A DNA stretch of 64,000 nucleotides, from contig OZ024743.1 in the NCBI GenBank assembly GCA_964016885.1, positions 103,540,001-103,604,000 of the forward strand, given 5' to 3'. The notes under the pieces are model-generated. The model ran no database searches. It saw nothing but the letters and a program-made list of their open reading frames with translations, and was not told the DNA's origin. A program made the translations under genes and the position numbers. Shown one piece after another: positions 31,254 to 44,700 of this stretch. Position 1 is the stretch's first letter, and the number at the start of each line of letters is the position of its first letter. This stretch comes from Eledone cirrhosa (Eukaryota).

Positions 31254-31445
31254 GGGCGGTGGATTGGCAGTATCGGTAGAGGGTTGGACGCCATACTTTG
31301 ACACATAGAGTTACGGCCCTTTCCATTCTGAGTTCAAATCCCGCCGAGGTTAACTTTGCCTTTCATCCTTACGGGGTCGATAAAATAACGTACAAGTAAT
31401 ACACTGGGTAATTGCTGGCCTTGTACCAAAAGTAGAAACAATTAT
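31254..31445 (+). mobile_element. MetaSINE (tRNA head + Meta domain)
   Basis: GGCAGTATCGGTAG..GAGTTCAAATCC boxes; GCCTTTCATCCTTACGGGGTCGATAAAATAA.GTAC Meta-like core. Confidence 0.75.
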
Positions 31446-31997
31446 TATGTGTGTGCGTGTGTATGTATGTATGTATGCGTGTATGTATGTATTATACATA
31501 TGTTTTCTTTGAAATTCATTTTACTACGACGAATTTAATCCGGTCACTAACCTAATAACAAAGTTTTATTTGTTTAAATTGACAGTTCCGGAGATTTGTA
31601 AATAAATAAGTTAACGTAAGTACAAATGTAAATGTATACATACACTTATTATGAGTGGACATAAGATTATATACACGAATTGTTGTGCACGTGTGTGTGA
31701 GCGCGGTTATGTGTGTGTGAATGTATGATTGCTCTTTATGCATGTGTGTGTATACACGCATCTAATTGTGTGCATATGTTCATGTTAAAAACCTCAAATG
31801 GGAAACTTTTAGAATGTCTTTCAGATCAAATGTACCACAAATCAATTGGATTTGAAGGGGGCGTGCCAGTCGCCTTTCATTTTTCTTGCAAACTTGGAGC
31901 ATTTCCTGGCTAGTAACAAATCCGTGGTTACATAACCCAATGCACATCATTTTAACCGACGCTCTACCGATTCTGATAATCACCACTTTACTAAGAA

Positions 31998-32735
31998 TGA
32001 TTTCTGATTTAGGCACAAGGCCAACAATTTCAGGAGGAGAGGCAAGTCGATTATATCGACCCCGGTGCATTACTGGTTCTTTATTTTATCGACCCCCGTA
32101 AGGATGATTTCTAATTTAGGCACAAGGTCAGCAATTTGTGGGGAGAGGAAAGTAGCTGATACCTTCCGTAGGACTTGACTTGCACTCTATTTCATCAACC
32201 CTGGAAGGATGAAAGACAAGGTTTACCTCAGTTGAATTTGAACTCAGAATGTAAAGAGCCGGAATAAATACTGCCACACATTTATCCAGCGTTCAATCAA
32301 TTCTACCAATTCACCACGTTACTAATGATAATTGTTTCTAATATAGTACAAAACCAAATATGTTGGAGAAGGGGTAAGTCGATTATTTTTATTTTAATGA
32401 GCCCGGAAGGATGAGATGCAATGTTGACATCGGTGGGATTTGAACTAAATAAAGCAAAGTATTTTGCTCTACACTCTACCGATACCACCAATCCACCACC
32501 CTCCACCATACTATTAATTGTTTTAACATTTGGCACAAGGCCAGCAATTTGAAGGGAAGGGAAAAGTCGATTATATAGACTCCAGTGTGTTACTGTTACT
32601 TTATTTTATCGACCCTGAAAGGATGAAAAGCAAAGCTTACCTCGGTGGGATTTGAAATCAGAACATGAGGGGCCGTAACTATATACGCAAAGCATGTTAT
32701 CCGATACTTTACCGACACTGCAAATCCACCGCTCC
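31998..32735 (-). mobile_element. Cluster of about 4 head-to-tail MetaSINE copies
   Basis: Repeated GGCACAAGGCCA..ATTT and TTTATCGACCC..AAGGATGAAA..GATTTGAACTC segments. Further copies near 29.1, 34.4, 34.7, 41.5, 47.6 and 48.2 kb. Confidence 0.7.
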
Positions 32736-33149
32736 TCCACCCTACTAGTAATAAATGTAGAGAAAGAGAAACTTTCACCTCCTTAGTACAATGTAATTCG
32801 ATTTAGTTGTGGTAACAACTTTCTCCGCTGCCCAATCTATTACTGTATACATATAGACGTATACATACGTGCCGTACGTCGAGCCGATCAATACTGGTCT
32901 GGGGTTCTACAATAACAATAACAATGATTATAACAATAATAAATTAAAAAACTAAAACTCATTCTGCAGCACTGGGTCATTAAGATATCATAATAAAGGT
33001 GTATGGTGAACAAACTCTCTTACCAACGACCTATTACTTTAAAAAATGACTGTTATTTCGGTGATTTTAAAACTTAAATTCCAGATACATGAGAGAGAGA
33101 AAGACGGGGAAGGAGTGCAGAAAAGTAAAAAGAGAGAATCCTTTGTCAA

Positions 33150-33370
33150 ACACGTTTACATCAATAACCTTCGTTAACGGCAATATTTCTGGTTTTCGTT
33201 CGATTTGCGCTGCGCCTACTTTTCAAGCTTCTTCAGACATTCCAATCCGGTTCAAATATTCAGAAATTGTTCCAACGCTTACATCTATTTTTCTTGCAAG
33301 CATTCGAACCACTGTGCGAGAGTTGTCTTCCATCAAAGTCTTCAGTTCATCGTCGTAAATGGCCGTTATG
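33150..33370 (-). pseudogene. Mariner transposase fragment (HTH region)
   Basis: Minus-strand DDELKTLMEDNSRTVVRMLARKIDVSVGTISEYLNRIG. Confidence 0.6.
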
Positions 33371-33599
33371 AAAATTACACATAATTTTACAAATCTTGCA
33401 TGAGTTTTTATTTTTAATAAAATGTTGAAACAAATAAGAACTTGTAATAATTTCTGAATAGTCTAATACAATTTTGATTCAAGCTTACTTAGTAGAGATC
33501 GAGAAGAGAAAGAAATACATTAGTAACAGAAGTTCGTTCGTAGGATAAACTTAAATGAGTTTTGATGACATCAAACATAGGCCTAATGATTTTTGAAGC

Positions 33600-33900
33600 A
33601 CTCTGTCGATTACGACGATGAGTGTTCCAGTTGAACCGATCAACGGAACAGCCTGCTCATGGAATGAACGTGCAAGTGGCTGAGCATTCCACAGACACGC
33701 ATAACCTTAACGTAGTTCTCGGGTATATTCGGCGTGACACAGAATGTGACAGGTCTGGCCATTCGAATTACAGGTACAACTCATTTTTGACAGCTGAGTG
33801 GTTTGAACAACATGAAATAAAGTGTCTTGCTCAAGGATACAACGTGCCGCCGGGAATCGAACTCACAACCTTGCGATTGCAATCCGAATACCCTATCCAT
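33600..33900 (-). mobile_element. tRNA-derived CORE-type SINE
   Basis: B-box GAGTTCGATTCC and core TCCTTGAGCAAGACACTTTATTTCA on the minus strand; shares body with 36360-36555 and about 50400-50595. Confidence 0.7.
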
Positions 33901-35045
33901 ACTGGTATTACACTACAACAAACGTCACTTGCAATCAAGTATGACTTGGTATTATGTACCATGCTTTTGCTAAAGTTTTAGGTGCCTATGCAGTTACAAG
34001 CAGATACCCGCTCGGCCCTCTCTCCCTTGATTCGGTGGAACATTCAGGATTGAACAGCTGGAAGGAGAGAAAGCTACACTAGCAATAGGCTGGTACTTTC
34101 TGTCATCGCCCCGGAAGGCTGAAAGTATATCTCGGTTAGATTTGAACTCAGAACACAGAGAGCCGGAACAGATATGAAACGCTCTAATGACAGCTAAATT
34201 GACCAACATAAATACATAAGTTAACCTTCTTATGTCGACTACTGAATATGACAGGGCGTCATCATGAAATATGAGGTGTCTTGGGTATTTTAAACCTAGC
34301 GGAGACCCTGCGAGTCTGAGCATAGCCTATTTTTTTCCAGAGAAAGAAACAGAGAGAGTGGAAAATTAAAAAGAGATACAGAGGAAGAATTGATCACAGA
34401 ACTGTTAGTTTTTATCGAACTCAAAAAGATAAAAGGCAAAGGCTACCTCAGCAGGATTTTAACTCAGAGAGCCAGAACGAATACCGCAAAGCATTCCATC
34501 CGTCATTCTAACGACCCTGCCAATTCGCAGCCTGATTTTTTTTTTCTTTTTCTATAATATATTGATATTTTGTAGCAAAGAATAAAAACACTGGCTTGAG
34601 AGAAAACTATTGGTATTGAATAGTTGTATGGCAGAATAATATAGGGAAGATAAAATTTGGATCACTGAAGGAAAATTTTGAAGATTAAATGCTATCATGG
34701 AGTAGTGGATTGGCAGAATTGGTAGAGCGCCAGATAAAATGTAATTGTGGTATTGTGCAGTGACTTTTTACATTCTGAAATTTTAAATATCTCGCCGGGG
34801 TCAACTTTACATTTTATCCTTACGAGGTCGATAAGATAAGTAGCAGTCAAGTACTGGAGGTGATTTAATCCCTCTTTGTTGGCCTTTTGTCTAAATTAGA
34901 AATCAATTTATAATTTTATTACCAAGAAAGATGTTACTAGAAACAGCAGTAATATTAAATACAAGCAAATGTTTTCACGCATTACTTATGAACTATTCAT
35001 GAAGTATTCAGTACCTTGAAAATAATTTAGTTTTTAATAATACAG

Positions 35046-35106
35046 TCTGTTCCGATGATCAAACAACTGGAACATTTACCATCGAAACTGACAGGGGTCC
35101 ATTCCA
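35046..35106 (+). CDS. Candidate host-gene exon
   Basis: AG acceptor; frame CSDDQTTGTFTIETDRGPF(Q) is phase-compatible with 28917-29030; donor GTTGGT (or GTAAAA after 35110). Confidence 0.35.
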
Positions 35107-35657
35107 GTTGGTAAAAAATATTATTCAGTTCACAAAGTTTCCCGTCATGCAGGTGTGCACTGTTTCCCTTATTTAAATCATATCACAGTCGTAGAAAGAA
35201 TATCGTAATTTAAACTTTTGCAAAAACCGCATTCTAACTTCATCTCATACATTTTTTTTTAAAGGGTTGAGCATGATATTCGCAAAAGAGACTACTCGTC
35301 TAATTTGGCAATCATGATTCAAATGACTTTTGATTTAAAGATTACAGATGATCAGAGCGGTACCCGATTCTTTAGAACCCTACACTAGCTCTAAAATCTT
35401 ATGCATCTCAATGAAATAATTTGAACTTACAGTTTGATAAACTGTCGAACGTTGTAATTTTTTACTCTTCTTACTCTGACAACACTAAAATTACTAAGGC
35501 TATGTTACTACATTACACAGTCCACATTTATTCACGCCAAATCATGTGGCAGGTAATAATGGCATACGACCATTTTGGATATAATTAATCAAGCAATAGA
35601 TATTTTTTTATAATAGATTTTCAATTAGAAGACTACTTATACATGTTTTATTTCAAA

Positions 35658-35794
35658 CTAGTAGAATGGCTCGGCGTTGCTCGGGATTTGCTCTATATAT
35701 TTGATATATATTTTTCCTTATCGAGCCTCGGGAAATAAATACGTTTGTTTCTATTTTGTTATTGTGTATGCAAAAATATCTGTACACGAATATA

Positions 35795-35882
<88 letters not shown>

Positions 35883-36358
35883 TATATATATATATTAAAA
35901 TAACAGATTAAAGTTTAAGCAAAGAATCGCTGCTTTCACCCTGAACGGGATCTTCTGAAACTAAAAAAATCAATCTGTGAACGCAGAAGTAAATATTTCG
36001 AAAAACGTTGCACACTTTATACACACACTATATATATATATATATATATACTATATATACATATATACACACACACACACAGCGTCATAATGTCGTAATG
36101 CAGACATACAGACAGATATTATAAGGGTGCAACGTTATATCTATGTATCTATCTAAAAGGCAAGACTAAGAATTATAGAGAGAGATCGCTAAATCACCTA
36201 ATGCGGTCCCTCGGGCATTGAAAATTTGAAATATCTTTGATCAAAATACTCCCATGACCATAAGTATGACATGTGTAAAGTTTGAAAACAATCGGTTGGG
36301 TGGTTCTCGAGTTTTAGGGAGTCAGACAGACAGACATTCTCTGTTTTAGATAAATAGA
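35658..36358 (-). mobile_element. Non-autonomous Helitron
   Basis: Minus strand starts A|TCTATTTATCTAAAA..ATGTCTGTCTGTC and ends with hairpin CCGAGCAACGCCGAG + CTAG|T. Confidence 0.8.
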
Positions 36359-36806
36359 TTAATGTGCAATTTTCTGAGCCTTTTACAGACACGTGTACCG
36401 TTAGCGTTTTTCTCAGTGAGTGACAAAGTTGGCCCTTTGAATTGCGTATTACATACAACATGAAATAAGGTGCCTTGTTCAAGGAAACAAAGCACCTTAA
36501 GGAAACAAAATCACACCTTACAAATGTGAGAAAAACACCACAACCACTCACCAGATACCTTCACATTTCGCAGTTCATTGGGTATTTAAAAGCAACTTTG
36601 GGGTGCATTGAACATTCAGATTGAAATTCTATGAAATATGAATGATAAAGTGTTCATTAGTTGTTCAGGTGGCTAAACATTCCACTTATGTTAGACGTCC
36701 ATATTTTGAGAGGAATTATTATTGGAATACTATTGTTCTCAAACTTTATTTTTGGTATATATGTTGACACCCCCATATATATATATGTGTGTGTGTATAT
36801 AAATAA

Positions 36807-36890
<84 letters not shown>

Positions 36891-37049
36891 GTGTGTGTGG
36901 GGGGGGGGGGGGTGATATAAGAATAGGCTAAAATAAAACTATAATATTATTTGTAATGTGACGTTTAAATAGCTCAAATAATATTTAGGCTAAAAACTAA
37001 AATTTGTAGAGCTGCATTTATGCAAAATAATAGGATAGGCGTAGTCAGG

Positions 37050-37944
37050 CTGGAAGTGGTGTCACGATTGACAAGAATCAGATGGTTAGAATTTGCAGAC
37101 GACATGGTGTTACCTAACTCGACAGAGGGTGATCTCCAACTTGCATTTGCTAGGTTTGATGCCGAATGCTGCATGGCTGGAATGAAAATCAATGCTGCGA
37201 AAATTGAGACACTCATTCTCTCACGGAAGCCTGTGCAGAGCACTGAACACGTGAAACAGGTTGAGAAGTTCAAGTATCTCGGAGCCGTGTTGAAGAGTGA
37301 TGAAAGGCTGGAGGCTGAATTAAGTGCAAGAATTGCAAGAGCGGGTGCAGCAACGCACCAGCTTCGACATTCGGTAATCAGAAAGAGGAAGGTAAGTGTC
37401 AAGGCTATCTTCAATTCGGTATTCGTGACAGCCTTTATGGTTATGAATCTTGGGTAAAGACGAAAGAATACAATCGTGATTACAAGTGGCCGAAATGAGT
37501 TTCCTATAAAGGGTCTTTGGAGTAACGCTACTCGATAGAGTGTGTAGCCTGTAAATCAGAGAGTCACTCCAGGTAGAGCCGCTACTTCTCCGAAGTGAGA
37601 TATCATAGCTCCGATATTATGGGCATGTGGTTAGAATGGCTTGGGAAAGAATCTATAGACAAATTTTACAGGCAAAACCAGCCGGCGGGTGACCCAGGGG
37701 TAGACTCCGAGCAGGATGGTTGAATAACATCCAAGTGCTCGGCTGGTCATGCTTGGGGATCTACCCAGATCAGTTGGAGACGGTTGCTTCTGACAGGACC
37801 CGTTGGAAGAAGTGTTTGAAGACTCTGCTTCCACGACCCTCTCAAGAAGAAGAAGAAGAAGAAGAAGAAGAAGAAGAAGAAGAAGAAGAAGAAGAAGAAG
37901 AAGAAGAAGAAGAAGAAGAAGAAGAAGAAGAAGAAGAAGAAGAA
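37050..37944 (+). mobile_element. RTE-type LINE 3' fragment with (GAA)n tail
   Basis: FADDMVL, GMKIN..K, FKYLG, LRYYGHVVRM, DR.RW motifs. Confidence 0.85.
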
Positions 37945-38329
37945 TTTCGTAACTCCAAGAAAAATGTGATTTATAATTTGGGTTCCTTCCAGCTACAACT
38001 GAAGAAATTCTCGTTGTTGTTTTTCTTCGTATGTAAGTATCTATGTATGTATCATATGTATGTGTGTATGTGTGTTCTTCTGGTTTTATAATTTCAAATA
38101 TTTTTTTTTTTTTTACCAATATAGAGAGAGTCGGTTTCTAACATAGATACAAGACTCTCTCATTGGAATTTACACAACATCAACTAGATAGATATGTATG
38201 CATGCCTGCATGCATGCATGTGTGTGCAGGTATGGATGTTATTGAATGTGTAGAGGTGTATGTTTTGAGTTATATGTGTGCATGTGTATATGCTCTCTAT
38301 CTGTACATGTGTATATGGAGTTATTAGAT

Positions 38330-41160
38330 GCAACATTTTGGAATGTTTTACATATTTTTACTGTTCCATTAATGGATTGTAGTCGTGTTCTTTCTGTTTC
38401 TGTGAAGTCCAGCTTCTCAAGATATGTACTGAGTCAATTACTAACATATCCCAGTGCCCCAATAATCACAGGTATAAATCTGAAGGTATAATCAGGGTGC
38501 TATGCCTGCATTTTATTGGGGTTTTTACTGGAACATTCCACCAGTACTCTTTCATATTATGTATATGAAAGTCTTCCACATTTCTGTAGCTTTTAATGTG
38601 TTTATTATCAGGGCTATCTTTTCTACGGATTGCATTGTACAGTGTTTTGGCCGCTATAGCATGCCTTATAGGTAGACAGTACCGTCATGACATCGTTGGA
38701 CAGCTGCTTATGACATAGGTGACATCTTTGATGTTAATTCTGCAGAGTCTGCACTTGTCACATCTAGGTGATTTGCCTGAATCCCTATCTCCCTTGTGAA
38801 TCAGGTATTTTGTGTTGATTTCCTGTTCTTGGATTGCAAAAGCATATCCTTCAAAGTGGGAGCCAATATAGCGGTTGTTAGTCCAAGATAGACTACTTTG
38901 CTTATCTATATTACTCTCACTCTGGAGCTTCCTGGCAACATAGCCATGCATGATTTTTTGCTGGTGAGCATGCAGTTTTTCATCCATGGATTCGCTACGG
39001 TATTGCTGGGCAATTTCCCTGGGTGTGAATTTTTTATTATCATACAGGGAGTATCTTTCAAGGAGCTCCTTCCCAACTCTCATAATCTTATCTGTCTCAT
39101 GCAGATAGACTTGCTCGAGAGACGGGCTCCTTCGCTTGGAGGTTTGTAAATGTTGTCGGAGGGATATGATGCGACACTCAAATGCTTCCTGGACCGATGT
39201 TAGGTATCTGCCTCCCTGCTTATGTTTCAAGTAGTCTATGTAACTGTTGATGTGGAAGTTTCCGGTGTTGTTTAGAATTTTTCGAGTTTTAACATCAATT
39301 GTTCGGATTTCAGCTATCGTCCTCTCGAGTATACCAAAGGTTGGTGCCAGGACAGGCACAGCAAACACATTGTGAGCCACTATTTTACTGTGCGCAGAGT
39401 GCCGATGACCATATTTTTCTTAATCGGGTGTACTCGTTCCTTATTACCAATACCATTATAGGATATATTCTCATCTCTGTCCAGGTATCTGTAGCAATCC
39501 TCGTCAGATATCGGTAGAACAGTTAGGCCATTGATATAAATGTTGCTAGATTGGGTTGTAGCTTTTCCTTGCTTTACAATCATATATGAACATTTACCTT
39601 GGCCAACCCCATTCCTATATATTTTGAGAACCTTGTAACCAGGTCAAGATTTTTCTTCATCCCATTTATGTTCTTGGCATAGAGTTTCTAGTCATCCACA
39701 AAGAAATTATGGGCTAAATTCGTACTTTTGTCCTCCAGTGAACCAATGATGTATCCTTCACATTTCTTGAGCAAAAAGGACAAGGGGTTTAATGACAGGA
39801 TAAATTGCAGCACACAGAGAATGTCTCCTCGAAATATACCCCTGTGATATTCTATTTTATCAGTGGAAATAGAGGGCTCCTCTGTTTTTTAATTTAGGAT
39901 ATTAGCCCAAGAAGAAGACAGCTTTTCTATGGCTCTGATAATAATGCCTGGGACTTTAGTAAGTCAGACGGCCTCTATCATCCAAGAGTGGGGAACAGAA
40001 TCAAATGCTTTCCTGTAGTCCAGCCAGTCTGTAGCCATATTTCTCCTAAGTTATCGCACCTCTGACATCGCAATTTTGTTAATTAGGAGTTGTTCAGAAC
40101 ACCCCAAATACCGTTCTTTTCAGCTGCTTGTTCATCTGTGATGATGTTATTATGGCTGCAGTGATCTTGGAGAAATAGATTCAGACAGGCTGTATACATC
40201 TTATACATCAGGTTCTGGCATGCAATGGGTCGGTAGTTTTTTGCCAAGTGGGTGCCTTTGTTCTTAGGGACCTGTATTGTTTGTGCTAATGTCAACCATT
40301 CGGGTATATGTGTATCTCCCTTGCGAGCTTGCTGGTAGAGGTCGATAAGATACCTCCGATAGAATATTAGTTTTTTGTACCAGTAGCCGACAATCATGTC
40401 TCTTCTTGGTGTTTTCTTATTTTGGAGTTTTCCTATCACAGTCTCAAGGGTATCCTCATTTCTTTCATATGTTTCTGTTGTAGTGTAGGAGTAATAGCAC
40501 TTTTGGATTTCTTTTAGCCACACTGCATCTTGGTTGAATTTCTTTCTTTTCACCCCATATTTTTCTCCAGGAGGTATCTGTGTCTTTCTGGGATGAGGCC
40601 TCAGTGACATTTATTTCTTTGCCCTTCATTTCTCTATAGACTAATGTTTGGTTTCGTCTGAATCTTTTATTAATTACTTTTCTTTCATCTACCCTCTTCA
40701 GGTACTGACGTTGCACGCTAACAGCTGTCAATTCTTGTTTGAGGGTGATCATCTGATATAGAAGAGTTCTGGTTCTACTGTTACCAAACATCGTCTCTAT
40801 TTTATTTTTCACTCTTTGTTGGTGAGGAGTGAATTTTTTGTTTTTGTTTGCAAGTAAGGAGCATTGTCACATATCCTATAGCTTTTTGTAGGTCAACAAT
40901 CATTTTTCCTCTTTTTGTTATATATGATTGTATTTTTTGTGGTGTTTTGTTCTTGTTAATATCTCTGCTATCTTGTTAATATCTCTGCTATCACTAAGAT
41001 AATGCTTCACTGTCGTTGCTAGGGCATATAAACAGGTATTGATTTGCCAAACTGTTGAGGTTTTAATTCGTCGTAAATATGCATCCCCTATTTCGTCAAT
41101 AGCACGTCAGATTTCATTATTTGGTTTTATTTTGTTTAATATTGTTGTTTTATTACGTCG
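38330..41160 (-). mobile_element. R4/Dong-like RLE non-LTR retrotransposon, old degenerate copy
   Basis: NYRPIACQN.MYK, AFDSVPH.W, YRYL..DE, FEGYAFAIQEQEI.TK, CRLC; many frameshifts; homologous to 41782-45810. Confidence 0.88.
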
Positions 41161-41221
41161 AAGAGAAATGTTTATGCATGAATTAATTTAATATGTATGT
41201 ATGTTTGTATGTATGTATGTA

Positions 41222-41748
41222 TGGGAGTGAAGGACCCCTAGCCTTTGTCGGGGCATTCTTCTTGGAGAAGGCAACTCAGGAAACTGGCATAACTCCGACA
41301 TAAAACCTGCGGCTCAGTAGTTACCGATGATGTTGATCTTTTCTTCTTTTTGGTTTATAGCTACTGTCACTCATATATTGAGATTGGCCCAGTGCACAGT
41401 CTTTCCTCACTTTAAAAAATAATTTTCACGCACAGGTATTGCACGATAACATTAATTGATAATTATTAATAATTGTTTCTACTTTAGGCACAAGGCCAGC
41501 AATTACCCAGTGCATTACTGGTACTTTATTTTATCGACCTCGTAAGGATGAAAGGCAAAGTCAACCTCGGCGGGATTTGAACTCAGATCGTAAAGGGACG
41601 TAACTATGCTGGAAAGCATGGCGTCCGACCCTCTACCGATACTGCCAATCCACCGCCCTGATAATTGATAAATCCACCCCATTGATAATTATTAATAATG
41701 GTATATCATGCAATGGCCATATTCGATAACGAAGGAGCAGCCATCATG
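41222..41748 (+). mobile_element. RTE-related SINE (5' truncated) with a nested MetaSINE (about 41472-41660, minus strand)
   Basis: Homology to 834-1136; interrupted by a MetaSINE; flanked by (TATG)n. Confidence 0.7.
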
Positions 41749-41781
41749 TAAGTATGTATGTATGTATCATATGTATGTATG

Positions 41782-44700
41782 TTTTCTCTTTCTCTTAATT
41801 TTGAGTATATTTTTTGACCGGCCACCTTCCTGGTGGCAAGGTTGTAAAAGAAAAGAAATTGTCATCCCTTGAATCGCAAGAATGTTTTGCAAATTTTGAA
41901 GGTGCCAGCTATCGCAGCCATTTGTAGACTATGAATTAGGGAGCTGCGCTTTTTGTCCGCAAATCCAAGTTCAGTCATACTTTGGTCCAAGCGGGTTGGT
42001 ATATAACCCGTAGCACCAATAATGATGGGTATGAAGCTAAAGGTGTATCTTGGATACTGGATTTGTAAACTCCTCATCAATGGTCCGTAGATGTCCTCCT
42101 TCTCCTGTATTTTTCTGACAACGTTTACATCAAGTGGGCAGCTGATCTCCACAACAGAACACGTTTTCAATGTGTGGTCCCAAACTACAATATCAGGCCG
42201 GTTGTGCTTTAATTTGGTGGCAGTTTTTATTTTCAGGTTCCACCAGTATTCCTTAGTGCCATCTGTCTCAATATATTCTTCCTCGTTTGTTGTTGATTTT
42301 GTTTTCCGAAGTGCGTTCCAGATGGTTCTAGCTATCCCATCGTGTCTCATGGGGAGGTAGTAGCGAGATGACATTCTTTCGCAGCTGGCAACATTGTGGC
42401 TTACATCCTCGATCTTTGTTTTACATAGCCTACATTTATTGTCAGCTGCTGGCCCTCCTCTTTTGTGCAGCAGATATTTGGTAGGGAGTTCTTGTTCCTG
42501 TATTGCATAGAGATATCCCTCAAGGTGTGATGTCATAAACTTGTCGGAACTCCATGCCAGGCTTTTTGAGTGGTTTATCCCCTCTATGGTCTGTGTTTTA
42601 CGCCTCAAGTATCCATGCACAACTTTTTCTGTAAATTGGTCAATTTTTTTTTCTTGTTTGAACATTGAATAGGATCTTCCGATTTCTCTGGGTGAGAGAT
42701 TTATATCGGGCTTTATTCCATATCTCTCCTCCAGATCAGTCGCTATTCTAATGATATTTCTTTTTTCATGGTCATAAACCTGGGCAAGATGGTTGCCAAC
42801 CTTTTTTCCTCTGTTGAAGGTGTTGCTTCAGTGTCACTATCCGGGTCTCATATGTTGTTAATATTGATTTTAGACCCCGGCCACCTTCCTTGCGTGAGAA
42901 GTATAGCCTATCCACATCACCATTGATGTTAAAGTTCCCAGTAACACTGAGAAGTTTTCGAGTTCTAACATCCATCTCACTTAGTTCTTGCAATGACCAG
43001 TTCAGTAGGCCAAATGTTGGCGTTAGAATTGGCACAGCATAAGTATTGTGGGCAATGTATTTGTTGTATGCTGACAGTTCTGATGACCATATTTTCTTTA
43101 CTCTTCTGAGGTATTCAGTTCTGGTTCTCTCCTTATTTATGGGTCCATCATATCTGACATTCTCATCCTGTCCAAGATATCTGTAGTTGTCACCTGACTG
43201 CAGAGGTTGTATTGTCAGGCCGTTCATCTCTAGATTTCTAGAGGAGGGCACAGCTCTTCCACGTTTTACTGCCAAATATGCACACTTGGACTCACCAAAT
43301 TTCATTTTGATGTCGGTTGAAAATTGTGTAATGAGGTCCAATTGTTTCTTGATGTCATTGATATTTGGCCCATACAACTTCAGGTCATCAACAAAGAAAA
43401 GATGGGAGATACTTCTGGTCCCACTTCTTTGTCGACCTTGTTTCCTGAGTAGGTAAGATAGTGGATTCAGTGAGAGAACGAAGAGTAGCACTGACAAGCT
43501 ATCACCCTGAAAGATGCCCTTCTGGTAATGTATCTTATCAGTCTTAACCTGCTCCTTCTCACCTCTAAGGATCAAACTGGTGTACCAGTTCTTGGTCAGG
43601 CGTTCAACAGCAGCTACCAATGGTTGTGGGACTTTAGCTAACTGTAAAGCCTTAACAATCCACCCATGAGGTACACTATCAAATGCTTTTTGATAGTCCA
43701 GCCACACGACAGTCATGTTTCTGCGATTCTTTGTTGTTTTTTCCTGAATCATTTTGTTAGTTAGTAGGTGATCTATGCAACCCCACACCTCCCTCTTTCC
43801 ACCAGCTTGCTCAGGTGTTATGATGTTGTTGGTAGCACAGTGATCCTGTAAGAACAGGTTAAGGCACCCAGTATATAATTTATACATGATGTTTTGGCAG
43901 GCAATTGGGCGGTAATTTTTAGCAAGGGTGGTTTGGCTATTTTTGGGAATGAGGAGAGTAGAGGCAGTTGATAACCATCTGGGCAGTTCTTGTGTGCCCT
44001 TAATGGTTTCTGTAAACAGCCGTATGAGATCTTGCCGATAGAAAGTGAAATTCTTCAACCAGTATCCTGTAATGAGGTCTGGGCCTGGCGATTTCCTATT
44101 CGACATTTTCTGTAGAGCTGTTTCCAGTATTGACCCATCTATGTCATATTGTTTTGTCTGGACATGTTGGCAGTAGTCCTGTTCCAGTTCTTTTAGCCAA
44201 TTAGCTTGTCTGTTGAATCCGTCATCCGTTTCCCATACAGATCTCCAGTAGCTCTCAACCTGTTCTTTTGAAGGGGTGTCATTTACAGGGATTGAGCTTT
44301 TGCCACCGAAGCTGCGATAAACTGATTTAGGATCTCTGGCAAACAATCTATTTAGCACTTGTCGTTTATGTGCTGTTGACTTATATTTTAGTCTTTCTGT
44401 TGTAGCTGTGAGTTGTTGTTTCAACTGGTGTAATTTGGAGTTCAAAGTTTTAAATTTTGTATCTCCAAATCTTCTCTCTAACTTTTTCTTTAGGTCTTCC
44501 TGGTGTTGTGTGAAGTTGCTCTCTATGTTGCATTTCATAACGACTGCGATGTGTGAGATACTTCGTCTCAGGGACAAAATTTTGGTTTTTAAATTTCGCA
44601 TCCACGCTGGTTCAGGCTTTCTGTTTGTATCTTGATTGCGTGGTTTTAGATGTGTGTTATATGCTAGCAATGTGACAGCTGAAACATATAACAAAACATT

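Noticed and set aside
37845-37944. Poly-Glu/Leu, poly-Ser (50.1-50.3 kb) and poly-His (49.2-49.3 kb) ORFs
   Set aside because: (GAA)n and (GAT)n retroelement tails or microsatellites.
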